From positions 1 through 64,000 of the forward strand of contig JBGSVZ010000085.1 in assembly GCA_041752695.1 (NCBI GenBank): DNA of 64,000 nt. Direction: 5' to 3'. This document shows, in pieces, positions 29,620 through 39,266 of this stretch. Both the position numbers and the translations under genes were made by a program. The notes beneath the pieces are model-generated. The model saw only the letters and a list, made by a program, of their open reading frames with translations, searched no databases and had not been told where the DNA came from. The stretch comes from Terrimicrobiaceae bacterium. Its GTDB lineage: Bacteria > Verrucomicrobiota > Verrucomicrobiia > Chthoniobacterales > Terrimicrobiaceae. The first letter of the stretch is position 1, and the number at the start of each line of letters is the position of its first letter.

Positions 29620-30006
29620 ATGGTGAAGAAACTCCTCCACACGCGTTACCGCGTGACCGACCTTGAGAAGACGGTGAGCTTCTACCGGGATGTGCTGGGG
29701 CTCGAGGAAGTGAAACGCCACACCAGCGGGCGGGGTTCGCAACTGGTTTTTTTCAAGGCCCCTCAGAGCGAGGAGCTGATTGAAATTTGCAAATTCGACG
29801 AGAGCGGTCCGGTGCAACCGGGGGCCGACCTCACGCACCTTGCGTTCGAAGTGGACGATCTGGAGGAATTTGCCAGGCACTCCACTGCGCTGGGTTATCC
29901 GCTGAGCGACGGCCCGCACCGCAGCCCCAGCGGTTCCGCCATTGCCTTCATTGATGCCCCTGAAGGATACGAAATTGAATTGATTCAACCGGCGAGGAAC
30001 GCCTGA
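29620..30006 (+). CDS. VOC/glyoxalase I family protein
   Basis: LLHTRYRVTDLE, HLAFEVDD, FIDAPEGYEIELI. Confidence 0.9.
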   Translation: MVKKLLHTRYRVTDLEKTVSFYRDVLGLEEVKRHTSGRGSQLVFFKAPQSEELIEICKFDESGPVQPGADLTHLAFEVDDLEEFARHSTALGYPLSDGPHRSPSGSAIAFIDAPEGYEIELIQPARNA

Positions 30007-30290
30007 TGGAATTCGACTGGGGATATGTTCCGGAGGGGCTGGGCGATGTCAGCACCAAGGAAATCGAGGAGTCCTTTGAGGATCCGTTCAGCATCCGGTT
30101 GCTCCCCGATTTGGATGTCTCCGCAGGGAGTGAAGCGCGGTATTTTATTTTGGGAAAATCTGTTTCCGACCGTCCCTTGTTTACGGTTTTCTGGACGGAC
30201 GGAAAAAAATACCGGGTGATCCAATCCCGTCCGATGACAGAGGCGGAAAGCAGCTTTTACGACCGCAAAAACGCAGACCTGACCAATTGA
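30006..30290 (+). CDS. BrnT-like toxin family protein (divergent)
   Basis: MEFDW start, E-x-RYFILG, LFTVF, RVIQSRPMT..E..FY. Confidence 0.7.
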   Translation: MEFDWGYVPEGLGDVSTKEIEESFEDPFSIRLLPDLDVSAGSEARYFILGKSVSDRPLFTVFWTDGKKYRVIQSRPMTEAESSFYDRKNADLTN

Positions 30291-30294
30291 TGCC

Positions 30295-30561
30295 ATGAGA
30301 ATGCTGACCAAATGGAGTGATCTGCCGCGGTTTTCCAGCGAAGAGGAAGAGGCGGAATTCTGGAAGGAAACCTCGCTCGATTCCCGTCTCATGAACATTT
30401 CCATGCTCAAGACGGACAATCGTGACTCTATCACCATCACGCTGCGATTCGACCCCCGCATGTTGGCCAGGATCAAGCGCCTAGCCCGGTCGCGTTATCT
30501 GAATTATCAGAGCATGATCAAGCAGTGGCTCAGCGAGCGGCTTGAAAAAGAACTCGGGTAA
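30295..30561 (+). CDS. BrnA/CopG-like antitoxin (RHH)
   Basis: PRFSSEEEEAEFW, ITLRF, IKRLA, YQSMIKQWL. Confidence 0.8.
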   Translation: MRMLTKWSDLPRFSSEEEEAEFWKETSLDSRLMNISMLKTDNRDSITITLRFDPRMLARIKRLARSRYLNYQSMIKQWLSERLEKELG

Positions 30562-30730
30562 ACCCGGGTTGTCGCCCGGTTCCTGGGCATCGGGAGCGGA
30601 GATTTGCCTCGCCTCCGACTCATCATCACGTGCGCGTCGCCGCTTTGTGAAGCTCTGGGATTCCGCTTTCGTGCAAGGTGGGGGCGCCGCCACAGTGGGG
30701 CACATTCCCTGGTTATTTTTAGACAAGGCA

Positions 30731-30764
30731 AAGCCGGCGAGGTCTCTCCCTACCCCGCCGGCTT
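30731..30764 (-). terminator. Hairpin downstream of glnK
   Basis: AAGCCGGCG...CGCCGGCTT inverted repeat about 30 nt after the glnK stop; weak U-tract. Confidence 0.45.
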
Positions 30765-30795
30765 GCTTGTCTCCCTATCTACCCTTTACGAATGA

Positions 30796-31161
<366 letters not shown>

Positions 31162-32646
31162 TTAGTCGAGAAGGTAACCTTCTTCGCCGTGATCCGTTGT
31201 GTCGAGACCTTCGGTTTCCGCTTCGGCGGAAGGACGGAGGCCAATGGTGAACTTCACGATGTAGGCGATGATCGCCGTGGCGACAACCGCGAGGACAATC
31301 GTCAGGACGCAGGCTTTGACCTGTTCCATGAGGAGGCCGGGCAGAAGGTTCATCCCGTCTGGTCCAAGGACACCATTCACATCGGCACTGGCGAAGACAC
31401 CCGTAAGAAGGGCACCCATCGTTCCACCGACACCATGAACACCGAAGGTGTCGAGGGCGTCGTCATATCCGAGCATCTTCTTCATGTAGACGACGGCGAA
31501 GAATGGCACGATACCGGCGAGGACGGCCATGATCATCGCACTGGCCGGGGTGACGAAGCCTGCGGCAGGCGTGATCACAACGAGGCCGGCAACAATGCCC
31601 GAGCAGAAACCGAGGACGCTGGGCTTGCCCTTGAAGATCCATTCGACCACACCCCAGACGAAACCAGCGGTGGCGGCGCAGAGGAAGGTTGTGGTGAACG
31701 CATTGGAAGCCAGGGCGTCGGCGCCGAGCGCGGAACCTGCATTGAAGCCGAACCAACCCACATACAGCATGCCGGTGCCGACCATACAAAGAACCATGGA
31801 GTGAGGAGGCATGGGCTCTTTACCGAAACCAAGGCGAGGGCCGAGGATGATACAAAGAACGAGCGCAGACCATCCCGAGGACATGTGCACCACAGTGCCG
31901 CCCGCGAAGTCGATCGCCTTGATGCCGGCGTCGGCGTTCAAAGGACCGCACATGAAACCCGTCAGAGACCACACCATGTGGCAAAGCGGGAAATACACCA
32001 CAAACATCCAGAGGGTGGTGAAAAGAAGAACCGCGGAGAATTTCATGCGTTCCGCCGTTGCACCGAAAATCAGGGCCGGCGTAATGATCGCGAAGGTCAA
32101 CTGGAACATGGCCCAGATGTAATCGGAGATCCAGTAGTAGCCCGCTCCAACCGCCCCGGGCGTCATGCCCTTGAACATGGCATAGGAGAAGTCCCCTACG
32201 AATGCACCGCTGCCTCCAAACGCGAGACTATACCCGCAGAGGAACCAGAGAATTGAAACGAGGCCGGTCAATCCCAGGCACATCGCCAGGACTGAGAGTA
32301 CGTTCTTCGAGCGAACCAAACCGCCGTAGAACAGGGCCAAACCCGGGAGGGTCATGAACAGCACCAAGGCCGCGCTGACCATTTGCCACGAGTTGTGACC
32401 GGGGCCGGGCACCTTGATCTTGGAGGCGTCACCGGAGGGACGATCCACGTTGTTGAAGTACGCTTCGATGTCCTCAACACGTTGCTCAAGAGTGATCGGA
32501 GCTGCCTCGGTCGCAGGAGCGGCAGTTTCCGCCGCCGGAGCAGGGGCAGGGGTTTCTTGAGCGGACGCTCGGTAGGGTGAGACGACGGTGGCCAGTGCGA
32601 GGGTGGTCGCAGCCAGGGTCGCCAGCAAAGGTTTTCTCTTCAGCAT
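31162..32646 (-). CDS. amtB: Ammonium transporter
   Basis: PGLALFYGG, FQLTFAIIT, DFAGGTVVH, GWFGFNAGS, DDALDTFGVHG. Confidence 0.96.
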   Translation of the reverse strand: MLKRKPLLATLAATTLALATVVSPYRASAQETPAPAPAAETAAPATEAAPITLEQRVEDIEAYFNNVDRPSGDASKIKVPGPGHNSWQMVSAALVLFMTLPGLALFYGGLVRSKNVLSVLAMCLGLTGLVSILWFLCGYSLAFGGSGAFVGDFSYAMFKGMTPGAVGAGYYWISDYIWAMFQLTFAIITPALIFGATAERMKFSAVLLFTTLWMFVVYFPLCHMVWSLTGFMCGPLNADAGIKAIDFAGGTVVHMSSGWSALVLCIILGPRLGFGKEPMPPHSMVLCMVGTGMLYVGWFGFNAGSALGADALASNAFTTTFLCAATAGFVWGVVEWIFKGKPSVLGFCSGIVAGLVVITPAAGFVTPASAMIMAVLAGIVPFFAVVYMKKMLGYDDALDTFGVHGVGGTMGALLTGVFASADVNGVLGPDGMNLLPGLLMEQVKACVLTIVLAVVATAIIAYIVKFTIGLRPSAEAETEGLDTTDHGEEGYLLD

Positions 32647-32717
32647 GGTATGATACGTCTTGGTTGGTTGTTTTTGAGGTTACCGCCCGCCAACTGGCGA
32701 TCAGTGGTGAGCGTAGA

Positions 32718-32734
32718 AGCAAAACCCGTGCCAA
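32718..32734 (-). promoter_or_regulatory. sigma-54 promoter of amtB-glnK
   Basis: Minus strand TTGGCACGGGTTTTGCT, an exact TGGCAC-N5-TTGC match, 71 nt upstream of amtB. Confidence 0.85.
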
Positions 32735-32797
32735 CTCGTTTAGACCCACTCCGTTTCGCAAGATCCTCCTGAAAAACCGCCCAGGCCCTGAATGACA

Positions 32798-32832
32798 AAA
32801 ACGCAACAGTTGCCGTGCGCGTGTTGCGTTTT
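32798..32832. promoter_or_regulatory. Candidate enhancer (bEBP binding site) for amtB
   Basis: Inverted repeat AAAACGCAACA-N13-TGTTGCGTTTT, 65-100 bp upstream of the -24 element. Confidence 0.5.
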
Positions 32833-32873
32833 GTGCAATCTGCCGCTCCGTGGGGCAGGATCTGGTAGAGGAA

Positions 32874-33536
32874 CTAGGCGGTCGTGCCGCGCCGTTTTTC
32901 CAACCAGGCCTTCCCCATCTCCCAAGCGATCGGGAGCACCGAAACGATGATAATACCGAGAATGACCACCTTCATGTTTTTCTGGACGATTTCCAGTCCA
33001 CCAAACACGTAGCCGGCCCCGATAAATAGGCCTACCCAGATGATGGCGCCCGTCACATTGTAGAAGAAGAATTTCCGATAATCCATCGTTCCGACTCCCG
33101 CCACAAAGGGGGCGAAGGTGCGCACGATGGGAACGAACCGTGCCAGAATAATGGCCCGCCCGCCGTATTTTTCATAGAAAGCATGCGCTTTCAAAAGGTG
33201 GTCACGATTAAAAAAGCGGTTGGATTGAAACTGAAAGACCCTGGGGCCGATCCACTTGCCGATGGAATAATTCACACTGTCCCCCAAAATCGCAGCGATA
33301 AGCAGTAAGGGAGTGATGATCTCCACGCGCAGTCCCATTTCCGGCCGGGCAGCCAGCGCACCCACCGCAAAAAGCAGGGAGTCTCCGGGCAGGAATGGCG
33401 TCACCACCAATCCGGTTTCGCAGAAAATAATGGCGAAAAGAAGGGCATAAATCCACACGCCATAATTCTGGATAAACCAGACCAGGTGGTTCTCGGCGTG
33501 GAGGATAAAATCGACCATTTGCTTGAGCAGATCCAT
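32874..33536 (-). CDS. dedA: DedA family protein
   Basis: FCETGLVVTPFLPGDSLLF, ARFVPIVRTFAPFVAG. Confidence 0.93.
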   Translation of the reverse strand: MDLLKQMVDFILHAENHLVWFIQNYGVWIYALLFAIIFCETGLVVTPFLPGDSLLFAVGALAARPEMGLRVEIITPLLLIAAILGDSVNYSIGKWIGPRVFQFQSNRFFNRDHLLKAHAFYEKYGGRAIILARFVPIVRTFAPFVAGVGTMDYRKFFFYNVTGAIIWVGLFIGAGYVFGGLEIVQKNMKVVILGIIIVSVLPIAWEMGKAWLEKRRGTTA

Positions 33537-33750
33537 CATGAGGCCGCAAAGAAAACTCGACGCGGAAGTAATTGGGAAGTCTTTTCGCCCCCCCGAGTTG
33601 CGCACGGTCCCGGGCACTGATACACTTAATGCCGTTCATTTATGACTTCCTCGGACAATTCTTTCTCCGCCCACCCCACGATGGGGATCGAGCGGATCGC
33701 ATCCTTTCCCCGCGGCCGAAACCCGGCTTTCAACTGACCAGGCCTCCGTT

Positions 33751-34416
33751 TTGATCGCGCTCGGTAAAACCTCGGAGTGCTCTTCGATCGACGCGGCGCT
33801 TTCCGAGTGTATCACGAGGGCAGAGTCGGACGGCATCGCGTTGGAAGAGGCTTTGGAGAATCTCGGCCCGGCGAGTTTTTGTTTTGTCTGCCTGCTTTTG
33901 GCGATGCCTTTCCTGCAGCCAATCCCCCTCGGGCCTTATACCATGGCGAGCGGAATTACATTCATCGCCTGCGGATGGCAGATGGTGCAAGGCCGACAGA
34001 TCCCCCTCCTGCCCAACGCCATGCGAGATGCCCGCCTGCACGGCCGGGGCTGGGTGATGGCATTGAGACTCTGTCAGCGCGTGCTGCGTTTCGGCCGCAA
34101 GTTCACCCGCCGCCGCCAGGAGGCCCGGGTTTCCGGTCGTGCCGGCGAACGACTCGTCGGCTGGTTTATTGCGGGCGGGGGTGTCTTGCTGGCCATCCCG
34201 GCCGCCAATCTCCCGTTCAACAATATCTTTCCTGCTTTGATGATCATTTGCGCCTCGCTGGCCTGGCTGGAACGCGACGGGGTCCTGATCGTAGTTTCGC
34301 TCATTTTCGGTGTGCTTTCCGTGGCCTACTTTGTCGTCATCGGCCTGGTCCTCTGGTATTTCGGCACGGAAATTTTCGTCTGGATCAAATCGTTCCTGCC
34401 CGGCCCAGGGGCTTGA
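33751..34416 (+). CDS. ExoD-like exopolysaccharide biosynthesis membrane protein
   Basis: LLAMPFLQPIPL, PFNNIFPA, LERDG; start codon uncertain. Confidence 0.8.
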   Translation: MIALGKTSECSSIDAALSECITRAESDGIALEEALENLGPASFCFVCLLLAMPFLQPIPLGPYTMASGITFIACGWQMVQGRQIPLLPNAMRDARLHGRGWVMALRLCQRVLRFGRKFTRRRQEARVSGRAGERLVGWFIAGGGVLLAIPAANLPFNNIFPALMIICASLAWLERDGVLIVVSLIFGVLSVAYFVVIGLVLWYFGTEIFVWIKSFLPGPGA

Positions 34417-34468
34417 GCGGGGCGGTTTGGTATTGACGGTTGCCAGCCGGAAAGCCAGTTCCTAAAGC

Positions 34469-35590
34469 ATGGCCACGTTTCGACCCCTGCTCCTCGCTGG
34501 AGCGCTTTTTCTGCCGATCGTCTTGCCCACCTCCGCGCAGGACATTCCCATCGGAGAATTCGCCTCGCTCACCGGAGGCGCCGCGAGTTTCGGCCAGTCG
34601 TCCCACAAAGGCACGGAACTCGCCATCGAGGAAATCAACGCCAGCGGCGGTGTGCTTGGCAAAAAACTCCGTCTCATCACCGAGGACGACCAATCCCAGG
34701 CCGGACAGCCTGCCACGATCGTGCGAAAATTGATTTCGCAGGACAAGGTCGTTGCCATTCTTGGAGAAGTCGCCTCGTCCCGATCTCTCGAGGCCGCCCC
34801 GATTTGCCAGCAAAATAAAATTCCCATGATCACCCCGGCCTCGACCAATCCCAAGGTCACCGAGGTGGGGGACTACATTTTCCGCATCTGTTTCATCGAC
34901 CCCTTTCAGGGAACGGTGATGTCTAAATTTGCCCAGTCCAAGGGCTGGAAAAAAATCGCGGTCCTCACCGACGTAAAGCAGGATTACAGCGTCGGACTTA
35001 GCGAATTTTTCATCAAGGACTTCACGGCGAGTGGAGGGCAAATCGTGAAGGAGCAGAAGTTCTCCTCCGGTGACAAGGATTTCAAACCCCAACTCACCTC
35101 GCTCAAAGCCGCCCGACCCGACGCCATCTTTATCCCTGGATACTACGCAGAAGTCGCCCTGATCGCCAAACAGGCCCGCCTGCTTGGGATCAAGGTCCCA
35201 TTGCTCGGCGGCGACGGCTGGGTGGGCGACTCGCTGCTCAAAGTTGCCGGCAATTCCCTCGATGGATGTTATCTTTCCTGCCACTTCTCGGCCGACGACA
35301 AGTCGCCCAAGACCACGGAGTTTGTCGCGAAATACCAGGCGAAATACGGCGAGATTCCCGACGACATGGCCGCCCTCGGCTACGACAGCGCCATGATCCT
35401 GGCGGAAGCCATCAAACGCGCCGGCACCACCGAGCCGCAGCAACTCCGCGACGCCATCGCCGCCACCAAGGACCACGCAGGCATCACCGGAACAATCACC
35501 CTCGACGCCGCCCGCAATGCCTCCAAGCCGGCCGTCATTCTCACCATCGACAAGGGCGGCTTCCAGTTCGTCGAAACGGTCAAACCGTAG
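34469..35590 (+). CDS. livK: Branched-chain amino acid ABC transporter, substrate-binding protein
   Basis: Signal peptide; SLTG, INASGGVLGK, STNP, DKDFKPQL. Confidence 0.9.
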   Translation: MATFRPLLLAGALFLPIVLPTSAQDIPIGEFASLTGGAASFGQSSHKGTELAIEEINASGGVLGKKLRLITEDDQSQAGQPATIVRKLISQDKVVAILGEVASSRSLEAAPICQQNKIPMITPASTNPKVTEVGDYIFRICFIDPFQGTVMSKFAQSKGWKKIAVLTDVKQDYSVGLSEFFIKDFTASGGQIVKEQKFSSGDKDFKPQLTSLKAARPDAIFIPGYYAEVALIAKQARLLGIKVPLLGGDGWVGDSLLKVAGNSLDGCYLSCHFSADDKSPKTTEFVAKYQAKYGEIPDDMAALGYDSAMILAEAIKRAGTTEPQQLRDAIAATKDHAGITGTITLDAARNASKPAVILTIDKGGFQFVETVKP

Positions 35591-35620
35591 TCCTAACGGG
35601 GAGCCAGGGATCAATCAGGC

Positions 35621-36559
35621 ATGGCGGACCAGCTCCTCGAATTTGCCCAGCAGCTTATTAACGGGCTGGCCCAAGGCTCGATCTACGCGCTCATCGCGCT
35701 TGGCTACACCATGGTGTTCGGTGTGCTGCGTTTCATCAACTTCGCCCACGGCGACGTCTTCATGCTCGGCGCTTTCGCCGGACTCTACACCGCGCCGAAA
35801 CTCCTCGCGCTCTTCGGCGGCGGCCCGTCCCTCCCCGGCGCGACCGCTGTCCTCCTCGTCGCCATGCTCATCTGCGCGGCCATCGGCATCCTGATTGAAA
35901 AACTCTGCTACCGCCCGCTCCGCGACCGGCCGCGGCTCACCGTTCTGATCACCGCCATCGGCGTTTCCCTCTTCCTCGAAAATGCCGGCCAATATGCCTT
36001 CGGGGTTGATCCCCAGTCCTTTCCCGAGATCATCGTGGATCGCGCCATTGAGATCCCGGAAACCTGGGGCGCAATCTCCGCACTTACCATCACCATCGGC
36101 CAAATCCTCGTCGTGGGAGTGACGCTATTCCTCCTCCTTGTGCTGCGATTCGTCGTGCTCCACACCCGCCTGGGCATGGCCATGCGCGCCCTTTCGTTTA
36201 ACCCGGTCGCCGCCTCCCTGATGGGCGTGAATACGGACGTCGTCATCTCCTTCACCTTCGGCCTGGGGTCCGCTCTGGCCGGAGCCGCGGGCATCCTCAC
36301 ATCGATCCAACAGCCCAGCATCGACCCCCTCATGGGCATCAACATCGGCCTCAAGGCTTTCGTCGCCGCCGTCCTCGGAGGCATCGGCAACATCCCCGGC
36401 GCCGCACTTGGCGGCATCCTCATCGGTGTGCTGGAGGCGCTCGTCGTGGGTTACATCAATCCCACCTATCGCGACGCCCTGGTTTTTGCCGTGCTCATTC
36501 TTATCCTCATCGTAAAACCTTCCGGCCTGCTGGGCAAAACGGAGCGCGAAAAAGTCTGA
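35621..36559 (+). CDS. livH: Branched-chain amino acid ABC transporter permease
   Basis: YALIALGYTMVFG...INFAHG, KAFVAAVLGGIG. Confidence 0.93.
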   Translation: MADQLLEFAQQLINGLAQGSIYALIALGYTMVFGVLRFINFAHGDVFMLGAFAGLYTAPKLLALFGGGPSLPGATAVLLVAMLICAAIGILIEKLCYRPLRDRPRLTVLITAIGVSLFLENAGQYAFGVDPQSFPEIIVDRAIEIPETWGAISALTITIGQILVVGVTLFLLLVLRFVVLHTRLGMAMRALSFNPVAASLMGVNTDVVISFTFGLGSALAGAAGILTSIQQPSIDPLMGINIGLKAFVAAVLGGIGNIPGAALGGILIGVLEALVVGYINPTYRDALVFAVLILILIVKPSGLLGKTEREKV

Positions 36560-37533
36560 TGGCCACCCGCGCAAAAACCCTCTTAGCCACCACCCTGCTG
36601 GCCTGCGCCGTCCTCTCGATTTTCGCCGGGAAAATCAATCCCTACTATTACGACATCCTCATCAGCATTGGGATCAACATCATCCTTGCGACCAGCCTGA
36701 ATCTCGTCAACGGCTACACCGGTCAGTTCTCCCTCGGTCACGCCGGCTTCATGGCCGTGGGGGCCTACGCGTCCGCCTGGCTCTCCCTCACCTTCGGCTA
36801 TATCCTCGGCACCCATTCTGCCGCCACCACCGCCACTTTCCTCGGAGCACTCACCGTCGGCGGCCTCATCGCCGGTCTGGCGGGCCTCGCCGTCGGCATC
36901 CCCTCCCTGCGCCTGCGCGGCGACTACCTCGCCATTGTTACGCTCGGCTTCAACGAAATCATCAAGGGCGTGATCCAAAACGCCGAACCCCTCGGCGCCC
37001 AACGCGGCCTCGGCGGCATGATGCAGCACACCAATTTCTTTTGGACCTTCACCTTCGCCGCCCTCACCGTTTACGTCGTGCTGACCCTGGTCCACTCCAC
37101 CTACGGCAGTGGTTTTCTGGCCGTGCGCGATGACGAAATCGCTGCCGAAGCCATGGGCATCAACACCACAAAATACAAAGTGCTCGCCTTTGTCATCGGC
37201 GCGTTTTTTGCCGGAGTCGCCGGGGGCCTCTATGCGCACTTCAAACAATTCGTTCACCCCGAGGGCTTCAATTTTCTCCGGTCCGTCGATATCGTCGTCA
37301 TGGTCATCCTCGGCGGCATGGGCAGCACCATCGGCGTCTGTATTGCAGCCGTCCTCCTCACCATCCTGCCCGAGGTCCTCCGCGCCCTCGCCCATCTCCC
37401 CTGGCTTCCCGAATGGCTCCGTCCCATTGTGGAAAACCGCATGATTCTCTACTCCCTGCTCCTCATCATTCTCATGATCGCGCGCCCGCAGGGACTCTTC
37501 AGCGGCATCGGCCTCAAACGCCAAAAAACATGA
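36559..37533 (+). CDS. livM: Branched-chain amino acid ABC transporter permease
   Basis: GYTGQFSLGHAGF, RLRGDYLAIVTLGF, VRDDEIAA. Confidence 0.93.
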   Translation: MATRAKTLLATTLLACAVLSIFAGKINPYYYDILISIGINIILATSLNLVNGYTGQFSLGHAGFMAVGAYASAWLSLTFGYILGTHSAATTATFLGALTVGGLIAGLAGLAVGIPSLRLRGDYLAIVTLGFNEIIKGVIQNAEPLGAQRGLGGMMQHTNFFWTFTFAALTVYVVLTLVHSTYGSGFLAVRDDEIAAEAMGINTTKYKVLAFVIGAFFAGVAGGLYAHFKQFVHPEGFNFLRSVDIVVMVILGGMGSTIGVCIAAVLLTILPEVLRALAHLPWLPEWLRPIVENRMILYSLLLIILMIARPQGLFSGIGLKRQKT

Positions 37534-38324
37534 GCGCTCCCCCCGGCCCTCCGCCCCCGGCCCTCCTTCGCCTCGAAGGCTGCACCATGCAATTCGGCGG
37601 CCTGAAATGCGTGAGCGACCTCTCCTTCACCATCCCCGAGGGCAGCCTCACCGGCCTCATCGGCCCGAACGGCGCAGGCAAGACCACTGTCTTTAACCTG
37701 ATCACCGGAGTGTATCGTCCCACGGCGGGAAAAATTTCCTTCGCCAGCAAATCCGTCGTCGGCCACCGCCCCTATCGCATCACCTCGCGTGGCATCGCAC
37801 GGACTTTTCAAAACATCCGCCTCTTCGGCTCCCTGAGCGTCTTCGACAACGTCCGCACCGCCTGCAACATGCACCTGCGCCACGGCATCTCGCACGCCCT
37901 CCTGCGCGGCCCGAAGTTCGCCACCGAAAACGCCGAAACCGAGGCCACCGTCACCGAACTCCTCGACATCTTCGGCCTCAACGCCGTGCGCGACGAACCC
38001 TGCCGCAGCCTGCCCTATGGCGACCAGCGCCGCCTCGAAATCGTCCGCGCCCTTGCCACCCGCCCCAAACTGCTCCTCCTTGACGAACCCGCCGCCGGCA
38101 TGAACCCCACCGAGAAGATCGAACTGATGAACCTTATCCGTTTCACCAAGGAAAAATTCCACCTCGCCGTCCTCCTCGTCGAGCACGACATGAAAGTCGT
38201 CATGGGCATCTGCGAACGCATCATCGTCCTCGACTACGGCAAAAAGATCGCCGAAGGCACGCCCGCCGAAGTCCGCGCCAACCCCGCCGTCATTGCCGCT
38301 TACTTAGGGAAGGAAAAACCATGA
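37530..38324 (+). CDS. livG: Branched-chain amino acid ABC transporter ATP-binding protein
   Basis: GPNGAGKT, ARTFQN, LPYGDQRRLE, LLDEPAAG, VEHDM. Confidence 0.93.
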   Translation: MSAPPGPPPPALLRLEGCTMQFGGLKCVSDLSFTIPEGSLTGLIGPNGAGKTTVFNLITGVYRPTAGKISFASKSVVGHRPYRITSRGIARTFQNIRLFGSLSVFDNVRTACNMHLRHGISHALLRGPKFATENAETEATVTELLDIFGLNAVRDEPCRSLPYGDQRRLEIVRALATRPKLLLLDEPAAGMNPTEKIELMNLIRFTKEKFHLAVLLVEHDMKVVMGICERIIVLDYGKKIAEGTPAEVRANPAVIAAYLGKEKP

Positions 38325-38327
38325 GAC

Positions 38328-38470
38328 TTACAGAAGGAAACGAAGATAACAAAGAGGGTGCCAAGCCACGAATCCCCTTAGCCGCGGTCGTGAGAACGTG
38401 GGGCCATGCGGGTAACCCTCTCAAAAGAACCTTCCCCTCCAACCTTCGTTTCCTTCGTTACCTTCTGTAA
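38328..38470. repeat. Inverted-repeat mini-element with 9-bp AACGAAGG-type units between livG and livF
   Basis: Left TTACAGAAGGAAACGAAGATAACAAAG (38328-54); right arm reverse-complements to TTACAGAAGGTAACGAAGGAAACGAAG (38444-70); 23/27 match. Confidence 0.8.
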
Positions 38471-38486
38471 AAAATCCCCCCGCCTC

Positions 38487-39194
38487 ATGTTGACGATCAC
38501 CGACCTCCATGTCTGCTACGGCGCGATCAGCGCCCTCCAGGGGATTTCCCTCACCGTTCCGCGTGGCAGCATCGTCACCCTCGTCGGCGCAAACGGTGCG
38601 GGCAAGACCACCACCCTGCGCACCATCTCCGGCCTGGTCCCTCCCGCCTCCGGCACCATCACCTTCGATGGCGAAACCATCACCGGCCTCCCCCCGCACA
38701 AAATCGTCGCCCGCGGCCTTGCCCAGTCCCCGGAAGGCCGCATGGTTTTTGCCAACCTCACCGTCTTGGAAAACCTCCGCATGGGCGCCTACCTGCGTCG
38801 CGACACCGCTGGGATTGCCTCCTCCCTCGAAGCCATCTTCGCCATGTTTCCCCGCCTCCAGGAGCGCCTCAAACAAACCGCCGGAACCCTCAGCGGTGGC
38901 GAACAACAAATGCTCGCCATCGGGCGCGCCCTCATGAGCAATCCGAAATGCCTCATGCTCGACGAACCCTCCCTCGGCATCGCCCCGCTCCTCGTCCAGA
39001 CCATCTTTGCCAAAATCGTCGAAATCAATCGCACCCTCGGCCTCACCATCCTCCTCGTCGAACAAAACGCCAACCTTGCCCTGGAAATTTCCCACTACGG
39101 GTACGTGATGGAAACCGGCCGCATCCTCCTCCACGAAACGTCCGCCGCCCTCAGGGAAGATCCTGCCATCCAGGAAGCCTACCTCGGCGGATAG
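38487..39194 (+). CDS. livF: Branched-chain amino acid ABC transporter ATP-binding protein
   Basis: GANGAGKT, PEGR, LSGGEQQMLA, DEPSLG, VEQN. Confidence 0.93.
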   Translation: MLTITDLHVCYGAISALQGISLTVPRGSIVTLVGANGAGKTTTLRTISGLVPPASGTITFDGETITGLPPHKIVARGLAQSPEGRMVFANLTVLENLRMGAYLRRDTAGIASSLEAIFAMFPRLQERLKQTAGTLSGGEQQMLAIGRALMSNPKCLMLDEPSLGIAPLLVQTIFAKIVEINRTLGLTILLVEQNANLALEISHYGYVMETGRILLHETSAALREDPAIQEAYLGG

Positions 39195-39266
39195 GGCGCT
39201 CCACGAATCGATCTTCCGGAAAATTTCCCCCTTGCGGCATCGCCGCTTTTCCGCATTTTCTCCTCC

